DNA of 64,000 nt from positions 186,001-250,000 of the forward strand of contig RDEW01000053.1 of assembly GCA_011109175.1 (NCBI GenBank), written 5' to 3'. A program made the position numbers and the translations under genes. The DNA is from Dicyema japonicum. Its lineage: Eukaryota; Animalia; Dicyemida. The notes under the pieces are model-generated. The model was not told the DNA's origin. It saw only the letters and a list, made by a program, of their open reading frames with translations, and did no database searches. Shown piece by piece: positions 24,140 through 37,898 of this stretch; the stretch's first letter is position 1; every line of letters starts with the position of its first letter.

Positions 24140-25850
24140 AGACTAAGCCAGTAGGGTCACTAGGCGACATTTCCCTAGAGTTGTATGCAGCACAGATCTC
24201 CTATGAGGAGTTGACGTACAAGCCCAGATTACCCAGTAAATGGAGGAACAGATTGCTTGGAGACAAACAAAGCTGGAAGCACTGGAGGGGCGCATAAGTG
24301 CTGTAGGAAGAGGGGTTAAAGGAAAAGCACCGTCTATAGTAAAAGGGTTACTTAGTAAACTTCGTGTTCCCAAATGGACATCAAAAGATGTGGGGAGGGC
24401 AACGGTGGAGTTAGAGGGAGCAATAATGGTGTATAAGAGGAAACTTTATACACATGAAAGTCGGTGTGAGAGAAGAAAAGAAAATAATCTGTTTGAGTTT
24501 AATCGCAGATTATTTTACGGTCGCTCACACGAAAATGGTCATAGAGTATGTTCCCAGCAGGATGCAGAAATGCTTTCCATATTGGGTAGTATGTGGAAGG
24601 CCAAACTACGCAGAGGAAATGCGTGGAATGTCCCGTTCCTTTCTTGACGGAATCTTGCAGATTTTTCGACTTCCGCAAGAAATTTGAAGCGGTAGTGAGA
24701 CGTCTCTCTGATTGGAAATGACCGGGGTAGATAAAGTGTATAACTTCTTTATTGAAAGATGTACTTCATTGCACGAATCCATGTGTCGCGTAATAAAGAA
24801 AATCATCACTAACCCGGAAACGATTCTTGATTTGGGCTGCAATGGGACAACTTATTTGATCTTAAAGCTTGACAACCCTCAGTCTGCTGCAGATTATCGA
24901 CCACATATTTTCATGCTGACCCTGTATAAGCTAATGACCAAATTGGTGGCTAATAAGGTCAGGAGCTTTGTAGAAGTAAATGGAATTCTCTCCGAGAATC
25001 AGTTAAGTACTGTGCGAAATTGTCAGGGGGCAAATTAGTAGGCTTTGATTAACAAATCCCTTTCTGTGTCTCATGGAAACTCACTTTTGTTATGTGGGTG
25101 AATGTGAAGAAGGCATATGATTCAGTTGATCATTCTTACCTTGTCGAGTGCCTACACAGTCTGTATATGCCTGTGTGGTTCATCAGTTTTGTAGTGGCTG
25201 TGATGAGTAGGTGGATTATTCATCTGAACTATAATAGGCACCGGATAGGCGAGGTAAAACTCAAGAGGAGATCCTTCAGGAGAATAGCATGTCTCCGCTG
25301 CTCTTTGTTCTCTGTTTGGAGCCATTGAGTAGCCGCCTCAATGACCGGTTTGAGTAAATACCAGTTCATTATGAGGAGGGTTGTTTCAGTACAAATCACC
25401 TTCTTTTTATCGATGACCTGAAGATGTATGCTTGAACAGCCGAGGAGCTCTACTCCATGGGGGTTTGTACCAGGGAATTCTTTGAAAATATAGTGTCCAG
25501 TAATAAGGAAAACATCACTAACCGGAAACGATTCCTGATTGGGCCTGCATCGGAACAACTTATTCGTCCCAAGCTGGACAACCCTCAGTCTGCTGCAGAT
25601 TATCGACCGATGACCTGCATGCCAACACTTTATAAGCTGATGACCAAATTGGTGGCTAATGAGGTCAGTAGCTTTGTAGAGGCAAATGGAATGCTCTCCG
25701 AGAATCAATTGGGTACTGTGCGAAATTTTCAGGGAGCAAAAGAGTAGGCTTTGATCAAGAAATGCCTTTCTGTGTCTCACGGAAACTGACTTTTTTCTAT
25801 GTGAATGGGTGTGAAGAAGGCTTCGATTCAGTTGATCATTCTTACCTTGT
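24140..25850 (+). mobile_element. R4/Dong-like non-LTR RT remnant with an internal ~340-bp duplication
   Basis: GVDKVYNFFI, DYRPMTCMPTLYKLMT, ENQLGTVRN(C/F)QGAKE, VKKAYDSVDHSYL and FIDDLK. ~24800-25148 is repeated at ~25515-25850. Confidence 0.8.
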
Positions 25851-26669
25851 CTTTAACGCTCTTTGTATGCAGTGTAAAACCATCCTTCCAGTCCATAGAG
25901 GAATGATGAATGATCCGTTAAAAAATAAATAAAAACATGTCAGTTTCGAGTCTCAATTTCCTCATACACATGATCACATGGTGGGCTTTCATTCTTCGGA
26001 GTTTAAAATCACATAATGTACTTCCAGATTTCTCAAAGCTGTTCCGAAATTCTTCAGGGAACTCACAATGTTGATTCCGCATAGGGAGCCTTGCTGATTT
26101 TCTTTTTTATTTCGACCGAAAACCTCATTTCATTATACAGTTTTAATCCTTGGAGACAGCACCAGTCTTCCTTCCTCAAACCTCCTCAGCATTCAGCCTT
26201 CCAAACTCAGAGTCTCGATCACTCAAATGAATTCACTTGCCTCCACCGACCCCCTCTCCACCTTAATCACATGTATTAGTCACTTCGTCTCCGTCAATCC
26301 TTTCTTATCTATAACTCAGTTTGGTCATGTTCATCTACCTCTTCCCAACCGTAAACCTAACCATGCGCTAACCCCTCCTCAACTCCAAGTCTCCCAAAGT
26401 CCTCTTGATCTAAACCTCACCCAAGTGCACTATACCGGTCTTATCGACCACCTACTGCATTCTTGGGAACATGAATTGATCAGTTTTGCTAGAATGTGNT
26501 CCCAAAGTCCTCTTGTCTTAAACCTCACCCGAGTGTACTATACCGGTCTTATCGACCACCTACTGCATTCTTGGGAACACGAATTGATCAGTTTTGCTAG
26601 AATGTGGGTTCAGAACTGCAAAATAAAAATTTCAAAGATAAAATCGATTTAAATGTGAAAATATAACGA

Positions 26670-27939
26670 TCACACGTCGAATGTCGACTGAAGAGCTGAA
26701 TCAGAGTGGGTGGCAAAATGCGTGACCTTCAACCCAGTGGACTCAATATTCGAAGTCAGGTCAGCACGTGGTTGAGGAACATCAGTTAGAACCGTCGCCT
26801 GCTTGGACGTGGGTGACCTCCGGCACGTGTGGAACCTCAGAAATTTCATACAGAGTTTGAGAATCTTGTAGCCTTGCTTTTTGAACTTGTGGTTCAGGAA
26901 ATAATAAGGGACCACGTTGAGTAGACTGTTCAAAATGAGCATGAGGTTGCTGATTTCTACAAAAATCATGACTGGGCGGGAATCCAGGAGGACCTCTGAG
27001 TTGACTGAATAAATGATGTTCCTGATCAGGGAGGGGAATTGGCAGATCACGAAGATGCAGACAACCATGATCAGCATAGCAGCAGTGTCCAGGTGGTTGC
27101 TCTCCTATGGATATCCCATAAAAATACATTTTTCGTAAGCTGAGCGTGTTTTCGCCTGGACATGGAGACCGCTCTCCAGAGGAGTGAGTTGAGGACCACG
27201 AGGACGATGAAGGGGACGATTGTGATGAAAATGAAGTAAAAGGCGATGTTGTAGATGTCGTGGTAGAAGGAGCTCATTCCAAAGTTGCTGAGTTGATTAC
27301 GGTAGCATGTTTGGTTGAATATGGCGGTGGTCTCAAATTCGAAGAACTGGGGGATGGAGACCAAGAAGGATATCAAAGTGATGACTGCAATGGTTTTGAT
27401 GGTCATTTTCTTGGTGCAGAGTCTCATGGCCTCGTAGGGGTGGCAAATCATGAGGTACCTTTCCACAGTGAAGGCGATAGTGATCCACACCGAGTTGATC
27501 TACAGCGGCTATAAATGTAAAATGCGTTGATACTCTGAAAATGGAGGCGAACGCTTGGAGGACCCAGAAGGACACGAGGGAGTCGAAGTTCTCGGAGATT
27601 ATGAAGCTTGAGCTGTCTAAGAAGATCCGGCCGTAGACCATGGATGAGAAAAATTGAAAGAAAAAGTCGGAGACCGAAAGGGCGATCATGTAGAAGTGGT
27701 TGGTGGAACGTCTCTTCATGGTGAGGAGGGTCACAGTGGTAAATATATTCAGTCCCTACAATTAGGTAACACGTGACTATTCCGATGATGGAGATTGTGA
27801 AGGACACCAAGCTTGTGTAGTACAAATCCGAAGTGGTCGAGTAATCAAATACCGAACAGAAATTGATCAAATCGAAAGGGAATCGAATGTGGATTGAACT
27901 ATTCACCAGCATTGTGGGAATTTTATCCTGAGAATCCAT
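26670..27939 (-). CDS. Class A GPCR, FMRFamide/peptide-receptor-like, 4 exons
   Basis: Introns at 27756-27777, 27500-27533 and 27105-27127. Spliced protein has TM1 GIGLN, STNHFYMIALSVSD, SVWITIAFTVERYLMICHP, FVICQFP and TM7 LNSLLNVVPYYF. Confidence 0.85.
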
Positions 27940-29372
27940 AATTGTGAAACTACGCACTTTATAGAATATATTGATTGCAAATTAACGATCAATATATTAA
28001 TTATCTGCTTTGTGCTCAAATATTTTATTGTTTTCAAGAGTTTTTTTAAAATATTTTATTGATAATTAAATAACAAAAAGTATTCCATAATTTTATATCA
28101 AGTGTAATTAAAGATAATTCTGGGCATTTGAGGCAACAAAATACTGGTGTGGAGACCTCCTGTGATCGGCTGCTCTTGAGGACCGTCAGAGTGAGACTTG
28201 CACGAATACGGTGTGGAAACAGTCTATTTCTGCATGGAAGAGAAGTTTGAGATCTCTTTGCTGGACCAGAGGGACTCGACGTGAAAGTGGCGAACTGACT
28301 TCCGTTTCCTAATGGTATCCAGTTTACTACATGTCAGCGAAGTTGGGGTTAATGATTTAATTCTTTGGGATCTATAATGGATCATTTCAGGAGAATTCGG
28401 GAATTGTTAGAAGCTTTGAATATCTAAGTAGCTGGCTTTAACCTTGGGGTTATTAAAGGCCACTCGGCGTGAAAGGGAGACTTTGGTCGCTCGCAAGACA
28501 TGAGGTCAACCCTGGGTGGTGACCATATATTCATGACTTTATTCTTATCAAGGAATTCACTAAATAAACCACATCACTAATCTACCATATTCGACCAGCC
28601 AAGTCATATTCATAAAGAGGATGATCTGTCTTAGGCACTGCACGTGTAGTAGTATGACTCTGATTGTTGTTAGTAATAATTAGAACTTAAAATTATAGAA
28701 AATGCAATTTGTGATTCCAGTCTCTCTATCCTTATGCCCAGGCTTCTAAGAACCATCAGAATACCTTCCAATGGGCATCACTTAGTGGAATATAAATTCA
28801 GTCTCTTTGCTTACATTGGATTACTAGGACTCGACTTGGAAGAACATTTGAGGCGACTTGACCCGGAGACACGTTTCCTAATGATCACTAACTTCCACAT
28901 GTTTGCGAAACATGGATTTGTTAAATTTAAAAAGAAATCGCAAAATTCTAAAAATGGCAGGAAAAACATATAAGAGTTTCTTCAACAATCTACCCAAGTG
29001 ATTAGGATTTCATGCCTATAATAACGGCCCATGTATTTGGATTCTCCGCCGGCTACTCAGTTAAAATGTTATCGTCCTATGTTTATAATTTATTTCTCCA
29101 AATAGTCAAAGGAGGAGATCCGAGTTGTCACCTACAGGAAGTCTCCTGAACGAAGACAAGAAGAGGAACAGAGTGATCCACTTCCTTGAGTGGCTTTGGA
29201 GGAATTGACTAGCAAAGAAAGGGAGATAAGTTCTTTTGGTTCCTCTTAGGTTGGAGACACATTGACGACGAGCCAGAGTGAGTTCTTCCAACAATCGCTG
29301 AGTCCCACTACAGAGGAAGAGGACAATAATATTTTGGAGTAAAGACAATTAAAAAAGTATTTTAGTAACAAC

Positions 29373-29641
29373 TCAGTCCCTTTTCAGCCTTTCAAGGGGA
29401 GAGTCTTCTTCCTCATAATAAGCCAAGATCATGTAAATGAAAATAATCACGTGCACGACTACAACCGAGACAATAGCAGAGTAAATGGCACTCCTCTGTC
29501 CACTAATGCCGAAATAGTCTATGAATGACCTTTGAAAGACTTACCCTCGAAGAGATACCGTTTTGTTAGAAAATATGAAACAATAGGGACGACCAGAACG
29601 GAAATTGCGCAAATCATGAACTTTCTCATCACATGAGACAT
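29373..29641 (-). CDS. VMA21: V-ATPase assembly factor VMA21, 2 exons, 80 aa
   Basis: Intron 29519-29544. Two TM segments with P..YF..K and YSAIVSVVVVHVIIFIYMILAYYE. Ends LKRD (ER-retrieval-like). Absent from the ORF track. Confidence 0.85.
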
Positions 29642-29719
29642 TCCCACTAAGAACTATTACCAAATTTTTTTTTGAATCGAATTATATTTTTTTAAACTAA
29701 ATAAAGAATAATCAAATAA

Positions 29720-30465
29720 ACTCACGAATGTTTCAAAAAAAGTACAAGAACTCTTGTTACAAATTCAAACTTGGCTTAACCAAAACCGGATGAACACATC
29801 CTCCACCACTCTATTTACCTCTGACAAAAGGCTCGGAAGATGTACCGTGGATCTATTCCTGAAGAACGAAAAAAATCCCTTTACGAAGAACCATATAATT
29901 CTGGGGGTCACTTTTGATATCCACATGTGTTTTTCTGCCCATATTGAGAAGACCATTGGAACTTGTCAGAAAAAAATTGGTTTTATAAAAACCATCTTTG
30001 ATGGAATAAAAAAGCCATTCCCTGCTCTCGGTATTCTCTATAAGCAATTCATCCGACTATCAGTTATGCTGTGCAGCATGAGGAATTAATCTCTCGTGGA
30101 CCAACCGTCTTACAGTTGATAACACCCTATGTCGAGCTGCGACTGCCATAATGCACATCGCAAAGCTGAACAATATTCTACCCAGTCCCTTTGACCACCT
30201 TATCAAGCAAAACGGCAAGAGTTCTTAATCTTAACCCTCCAGCAGGACATGTCGTCAACAGACCGTTCTGTGTCAAGCAGTTTCCAGAAGCACATCACTC
30301 CAGTTGGTCTTTTCACGAACACTGTCCACCGTCCGTACCGTGACTGTGTTGGGTCTAAAGTCCAACATCGGGAGAAGCTGAGAAAGCTCATCCGGATTGT
30401 CGGGATCACCTAATTAATTTCAAGAGATTAACTATTGGTGTTTTTGGGTTAATAATAATAATAAC
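29720..30465 (+). mobile_element. Vingi-like LINE 3' fragment
   Basis: WLNQNRM..ILGVTFD..FSAHI..LYKQFIR. Ends GGGATCACCTAA (GIT-stop) plus (TAA)n. Confidence 0.75.
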
Positions 30466-30489
30466 TTAAACATTAACAAAAATTTTTAA

Positions 30490-30785
30490 TAGCCACGTGT
30501 CGCCATGTGTTGCTTCGTGGCTAATTGGTTGAAGTTTCTGTTTTGTTCGTCTGTCCCTCTAACTATTTAAGTGATCCACCTGTCTAGGTGGCCCCCAGTG
30601 CCAGGCCGGCACGAAAAAGGATCATTTGCTCTCTCCCACTCTACTGGAGGGGCTTCTACAACTGCAACTATGGACGTCTTTTACCCTTTATGTTGATTCC
30701 GGATGGACTCTCTGTAGAAGTGGAAACTGGATACACTTAATTAGTTGCTTACTTTAACTTCCTTTCTCGGTGTATCCGGTAACAT
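30490..30785 (+). mobile_element. Bipartite non-autonomous derivative of the Vingi-like LINE
   Basis: 5' hairpin, a pseudoknot homologous to 6965-7040, then the family 3' end GGATACACTTAATTAGTT. Collinear with 53345-53665(-). Confidence 0.75.
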
Positions 30786-31747
30786 CAGACTATATATGGA
30801 CGCCTGCCAAAGATATGAGAAGAAACCTTCCCCGCTGTGGAGATTAATCCAGGACTCCAAAACTAACCGCAGGAAAAGGACTTGTATGGACACTGGGATC
30901 ACTTAATTAGACGATAACTTTTATCCTCTCGTGATTTCGGGGTAAATAAAATAATGATTTCGGGGTTAATATTATTTTATATTTGAGGTAGCTTTGAGAT
31001 CTCTCAGAAAGGATACAAAGGACAGATGGTAACAGTTGAATTTGTATGTGAAAATGGGTGTGAATTGGAATGGTTTAGGCCACAATCCTCAATGAATCAA
31101 AAGACTGGCTTTTGAACGTCAACCAAGACAACCGGTGCTTATGTACAATTGAGAACAGGGTTATTGAGCCAGAAATCTCCAAGATGGATATCTTCGAATG
31201 TACAGACAACCTAGAAGACTTACGGTCTCATTCAGTGGACAGTGCTCGCTGGAGACGCTAGATGAAGAGGATCTTAAATCGTGTGGCACAAATGGCACTC
31301 TAGTTAATGTAAAATTCTTTGGTTCTATGAACGTACGTTTAATGAGCGTTTCCATAAATGTCTCCGTATTTCCACATAGAAGGAACGAGGAGCGTAAGCT
31401 TGGAGCTCGTCCCGTGGCCACTACCAGGCGAACTATAGTTGCTTGGCTAGGGAGAGAAGGTCAGTCGGGAATAATTGTAGGCAGTTTTCTTCACGAGGAG
31501 GTGACCCACGTGAAAACCAAATGTCTACCTATACAGGACTGAGCAGGCAACGTCGTCACTACGCCATTCATGCTCAATTGTTAACCACGTGACAGATCAT
31601 CTTTTATCGTGTCCTGGCGGCCTTTTGTTCCACCTTTCACGGGATCAATATTTGAATCTCTGGGAACTTTCGTCTATGGTAGTTACGTTCTTGTTAGCCA
31701 CCGGTTTCCTTCGCATGAAGAAACTGGGGGTAAATAAATATTTTACA

Positions 31748-32390
31748 TTATTATTATAAAGCACAACGTCTTGCCATTGGAAATGACAAAACCAGTGCAG
31801 TACCAAACATTAATTTTTTAGTTAATTTTCTCCACTTTCCACGATCCTGAGCCACATCCCTCAAGTAATCCATATCACCAACTATAAATAAAAGTGCGGA
31901 GTCGGCCAATTCTAAATATAAATCTGATAAATCTGAGTAGAAGTCATCAAATAGAGCCGGATCTTTGTTAATCCAACCACTGTGAGGTGCGTATACATTG
32001 ATAATGGAGACAATGTCAGTGCTTGCTTTGGCATTCATAAACTTCATTTGTAGAACTCCGATGCGGTCATTAACTGCCCATACTCTGTAGATATGGGGAG
32101 AAATTCCATTTTGATGGCAAAACCCAGTCCATAGTGCCTGTTGACAGTCGGAGAAAGATCAATTTGAATTTACACATGTTTCTTCGTGGTTATCTTGGAT
32201 TTTGGTTTCCTGTAGGCAACCGATTGCGACATCATAATTATGTAGGTCTTGACAGAGGGAGGTCCTTTTCCAAGAAGAGGTTAGGCCTCGGACGTTGAAT
32301 GAGAGCAGCGAGAATTTCTCCAAAAGATAATGTTCGTACTTTTCAGACATGTTAATACTTTATTAGAGCCACGTCACCAGCTCAACCAAA
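31748..32390 (-). mobile_element. Internally deleted RTE (5' motif plus APE half fused to 3' end)
   Basis: 5' motif at 32364-32387. SFNVRGL, LQETK, INVYAPHS and FIVGD are fused to YLRDVAQDRGKWRKL, then a (TAA)n tail. Confidence 0.8.
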
Positions 32391-33899
32391 AAATATTTCC
32401 ACATATTAATTCAAAAGAATAACGACTTCACGATTTTCTTCCACTTTTAAAGAGGATTACACATTTATGTCTTAACAGGCAAAATATGCATCTGATCTTG
32501 GAGAATTGTTCCCTTTAGGAGCCAATGAGAGGAATGCCGAATACTCACATAATCTTCCACCTAGATAGTCACGTGGTAGTTAACCTCTGCTTACACTTTG
32601 GTTTACACATGTTCAGGCAATAAACTACCGACAGCTGTATCTACTAGTTCACGTTCAGAGGCTCCACGCTATCACTAACTAATCCCGTGATTTTGACGCG
32701 TTCCAATTGAACCTCACCCAAGCACACTGATCCAGAGGACGTTGTCCGGGAAGCTGACGATGATGTCAGGACTCGTCGCCAGAAAGCGAATAAAGAGATG
32801 GATCCTTTTAAATGCCATCCAGGCATTGGCGTGATCCGATGACGTAACTAGAAGGAAAAGTAGCCAATCAATCAGCCACGTGGCACAAAATGCTAAATAA
32901 TAAATAAAATATGGTTGAACGATAACATGGACTGATCATTGTTCAAGACTTTTGGAGTCAACGTACGACTGAGTGGATCAAACACTGACACAAATAAGAT
33001 AGAAGACTACTCTCCCGTGTTCCCAACGGGCCGTGAGTTCTGGGGTTAAATATGTGATTTTAGTGAAATCCCATCTCCAGGGGACATACTCTTCATCCAC
33101 AATTCTAAGCATTTCATTAAAGATAGAAGGTTTCAAGGTTGGTGATCAAGTTGTAACAAATGGGAATCCAGTGGGCGGTTCTCCACAATCTATGTGTTAA
33201 TCACATGAAGTAAACATTCAGGAATAGTCACATCAACTTTTCATGGGATACTTCCTTCACATCAACTTTTATGCCCACGTGGGTGGATCTCCAAGTTAAA
33301 GAGATCGGAAATTTTAATTTCCTAAAATAGCGTTAAAATGAGATTTTGGAGGTCAACGATAAGGACCACGTGGGCATGTCTCCAAACTAGGCAACTAAAA
33401 AGACTGAGTAAGAGGTGGATACAACTGGAGAGAAGCCAACAACTAATTAAATTCAGTTCCCAAGGTCGTAGAAGAAGAGACCTCAATATCACGAACCATG
33501 GAAAAAACAATACACCCAGTCTTACATTTGTAAGAACCCCTCCAATGGAGTGAGAAGAGCAAGTGATCTCTTTCCTGTAATTATGGCACTGGGCGTCACT
33601 TGATACTGCTGGATCACATACCCCACTCTAGTAGAACGAGAGATGTTAAGGAAAGGGAAGGAAATCTTTGATAAATACAGTGTATGCCTAATTTGAAATA
33701 AATTATTAAAATTTTACCCTCGTGATCGCTGCTTGTTATTTGAGCGAATCTCGCTCGCCATCCTGAGAGGGAATACCCACGCAGTCAGGGCAGCCGCTAT
33801 ATGACCATTTACTCTCTTCTTTACTAAATAAAACAATTGATTCCCTCAGGCAGCTAGTCCTTCTTCCTTTCCGTTATCATAAGTCCCGTGGCACGTAGG

Positions 33900-34790
33900 A
33901 GGGGAATTATAAGATAATATCAACAGAGGCTTGCATGTGTCCTGAGGACTGCTCCCTATTTCACCCAGTGGGACCAACTCGCACAGATTAGCGGAATTTT
34001 CCGTTCGGCAGCGGAGCGTATCTTAAACGTCCGATCCGAGGATTACTCATGGAAGCAAGCCACTCGGAGGACTTGGAATTCGCAACCTTGTAAACTTTTC
34101 TCTCCCTGTATATCTCTCGTAGCTGCAACACTTTTGTCAAGAGGATTATAGACTCCCTCCCTGAATTCTCTACTGACCAGGACGCCGGCCATGTTCATGA
34201 GGCCTGAAGCCGTACCTATCAGCTTTCCCTACCTTCCATGTTCTCTCAGTGGGCCCTGGACGTTGCTGTATGCCGGAATTCTTTTGAAGATCTGCTAGTG
34301 TTATCTAACTAACACCGCCTTGCCTGTTTATTGCCGGAAGCGTCTTCCGAAAGCGGTGCATGGCTAAACGCCATTCTCAATGGAGTTTTGAGTACCTTTC
34401 TGGATAATGAATTCTTCCGTATTGGGATCTCATTACAACCGGGATAAAAAGTCTGTGTTCCACATTTGTGTCGATGGGGGAGACCAGACGACTTTTATGG
34501 CCTATACCCTCTCTCCTGCAGAAGAATAGAGGCAGATCTCCAAGACATATAGCCTTGAGCGAAGTCGCTAAGAAAGCTTTGGACACACACCCCTCCATGC
34601 TCGAACCAATCGGTCTATGCAGGAGTGACGGGAAACGACCAGATGGGATGACCATCTCCCTTTTTAAGTCGGGAAACCTCTTGTCTGGGACGTCACCTGC
34701 ATCGACACATTTGTCCCTTGCAACCTACTTTAGAGTGCATCTGGAACCTGTTCTGCCACTGAGAAGGCCGAGAGGTTGAAACGGGCAAAG
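33900..34790 (+). mobile_element. Degenerate CRE-like RLE LINE fragment
   Basis: GGLGIR, SGAWLNAI and LEPIGLCRSDGKRPDGMT..WDVTC.DT. Confidence 0.75.
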
Positions 34791-35149
34791 TAAATGGTCC
34801 TACCCAAAGATTTTTAGTAAATGGTCCTAGTATCGAAAATTGTTGAACATGTTGTGTTGAAACTAATATCGGAGTATCTTCCCTTCCCTGATTTTCAACA
34901 TGACTTTCGTCCACAATACTCAACATCAACACATCTCTGTACCCTAACTCAATATGTCGTTGATGGTTTCAACAATTATCAACAATTTAGCAACAAGTTA
35001 CGGAATAGGAACTATCAGTCCGCCAGCTGGCCTGGACTGTTCATCCGGTACCCCTCTTTCCTTGCTAATCACCTTCTGCTGGTCTTGGAAGTTACATATC
35101 CTGATTTCAATATCTTCCCTGACTGGCCTGACAAGTTTGTTCTCTTCCT

Positions 35150-36900
35150 CAGTCAGGTCTTCATATAATCTCTTTCCAAGTGATAGTTTGATCGCCGCTC
35201 CCTTGTTTTCTCAAGTCTAGCGAGGATTTTCTCCTCGAGGGATGTAAAACCATCCTCGCTTCCATAGATAAGTCTTGGAAGAATCACATTCCGAAGAACA
35301 AAAAGCATGGTATCACCATCCAACTTTAGGCTTCTAGTGCAGAACAATGTTTGCACAGCCTTCTTTCTCTGCTCTTCAATGTCCTTCAGATATGATCCTT
35401 TCCCATCAACTACAATCCCCAGGTATTTCAGGGATGAAACTCTCTGTATGCGAAGAGGTAAGGCTCTTCGTGATGCCTACCCAGCCTGCTTATCCGTAAA
35501 TAACTGGACTTTTCCGTGGAGAATCTCATGGCTCTCCGATCACACCAATCCTGGACTTTGTCGACAAAAGCTCCTAGTCGCCGCTCTGAAAGGTATGCCC
35601 TCAAAGACGAATCCAAGATTAAAATGTCCTGACGTCTAGCGGTGACGGAAAATCTCCCATAAATACGTTGAATAACAGGGGGCTTAAAATAGATCTCTGC
35701 GGCACTCCCCTCTTAAACGATGTACCATCAGAATATCTTCCACCGACTACCACATAAGATATCCTCCCAGTCAAATAGTCTTTCAACCATAGGAACATTT
35801 GTTTAGATATCTTTGGTCGTAAGGCTTCGTGCCATACTGTCGAACGCCTTCGAGATGTCAAGGCAAACAAGGCTTAACTGACTTTCTTCTCAAAAGCATT
35901 TGTAAATTCGTAATTTATTGAGAAAATACAATTTCCACACGATCTTCCCAAACGAAAACCTCATTGGTAAGGAAAAAGATCCAAGTCCCAGCCACTGCTC
36001 CATCTTTCCACGAGATGTCCACCGAGTCATATCCTTCCATACTATAATATCTTCCGTGTTTAATTTTCGTCTCTTTGACTACCAAGACATCAACCTTGGC
36101 ATTCTTCGCAAGTAGCACTAGTTCATCATGCCTTTTCACCAAGGAGCGGGCATTCACCAGCACAATTTTTACGTACTTTTTCATAGTTTTTGTTTGTGGC
36201 CTGCGCTTTCAACAGCCAGGTCCACCAAATTCCGTAAATCCCTTTCAGAAGTGTACATAGCTTGTGAGGCACCTCTTCTTCTCCTTGCAATGCGCGGCGA
36301 TATGACCAATTCGTTCACAATTGTAGCAGATAGGAGTGGGCCTCCTCATCCATTCACAGAAGATCTTGTTCGTTCCAATGTAGAAGCCACAATATCGATC
36401 CTCTGGACATTCGGGTAACTTTTGTAGTTGAAGGAGCCATCTCCTGGAGGTAGTTCAAGAGATCGTCCTCCTTCACCCAGAAAGGTAGGTTCCTGAGGAC
36501 AATCTCAGACGGTTTTGTTGAAAGTGTTCTGAATCGGGGTTGTCCGGACCAAAAGAACAGGTCTCATTCACGGCTTCCATATAGGTGGTCATGTGGGAGT
36601 TGTCTCGGAAATCCAGTCAGAAGGAGCCCGATCCTCCGTGACTCATCCTCAGACATCCTTACTGGTCATAGATGTATAGAATGTTCGCGATCCTTATCGC
36701 ACTGGTACCTGAATTGACTGTTCTCAATAGAGACGAGTTTTCTGTGGGATTAGCTTTCATGGGTTCGTTTACTTGTTTGGCCATTTCTGAAGAGTCGTGT
36801 TTCATAGGTTCATTGGCAGGTTTAGCAGCTTCCGTCTCGCACGGCGTTTTGTTGTCCAATGTGAAGGAATCAGCCATAGCACTTCCCGGAGGACGATAAG
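35150..36900 (-). mobile_element. Degenerate two-ORF LINE (ORF1 zinc knuckle, APE, RT; Jockey/I-like)
   Basis: Zinc-knuckle remnant near 36250-36340, KIVLVNARSL..KETKIK, RGVPQRSILSPLLFN and KYLGIVVD. Confidence 0.75.
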
Positions 36901-37898
36901 CCGTTTTTGTCTCTTGTAGACAGCAGACAGAGACGAGTGAACGGAGAAGTCGGTAATATTGGTTGAGGTGGTGACAACGCCTCTATTGCACTATGTCTTA
37001 TTCGTATTCTTTTTAAGGCGGGTCCTAAGTAACAAAATTCTTGCATCTCGAATTCCTCCACGTCTTCAGAATTGGCAAGCAAATTTCCTCTCGGAAAAAT
37101 TAGTCGAGCTCATGTCTATCACACTACCGACTCCTTCCAAATGGAGTTCCTCAAGGCTCCGTTTTGTCACCTACCTTATTCAACTTGCACCTAAGCGACA
37201 TTCCAGTTCGTTCCGCTCGCTGTTGAGACGTCTGGTTCCTTGAGCCTGCAAAGTTGGAATTCTTGAGTCGTCTAGGGAATCGGATTTCTTCACGATCAGG
37301 AGACCCCAGACAGAGACGCCATCTTGAGAGAGAATAGGGGCCGCTATATTGACCATTTGCTCACCTTTTTTCCTTAATAAATTGATTTATTTTCATAGAT
37401 GACATGCACATATTTGAATCATAACGAATATGTACATAAAATAATTGATTTTATAATCAATTTCACACAAAAGCACTTAACCCAGTAGAAATTGTTATTA
37501 ATGCAGACCTTGTCATAATGACAGTATTAAGTAGGTCAACAGTTTAATAGCAGTGACCTTCCCATCTGAATAATCGGCTTAACTAAAAAAATCGTTGATA
37601 TCCCTACTAAGAAGATTATTTCATAATCTGCCATAACTAACAAGGATTCAATCCCCTAGGAGTAGGCCATAACGTCACAGTCAAACTTGACCCCACATCA
37701 CTAAAAGTACTCATATTAATCAATATCTGACACACGTGGTAACTATTGAATAATAAAATCCGGAAGGAACACAGGAATTATATAAATGACCAAATACCCC
37801 CAAACGGTATACTAAGGCTACTTGAATTTAACTGTAAAATAACAAGACAACAGAAATTAGAAAAAAAATCAATGAGAAGAAACTCACTAAACTATTAA

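Noticed and set aside
26393-26607. Tandem duplication of ~105 bp producing the 141-aa ORF 26227-26652
   Set aside because: The junction is a single N (26499); same scaffolding artefact.
28200-28920. Two diverged similar segments (~28200-28340 and ~28770-28920)
   Set aside because: Short and unclassifiable; probably decayed TE fragments.
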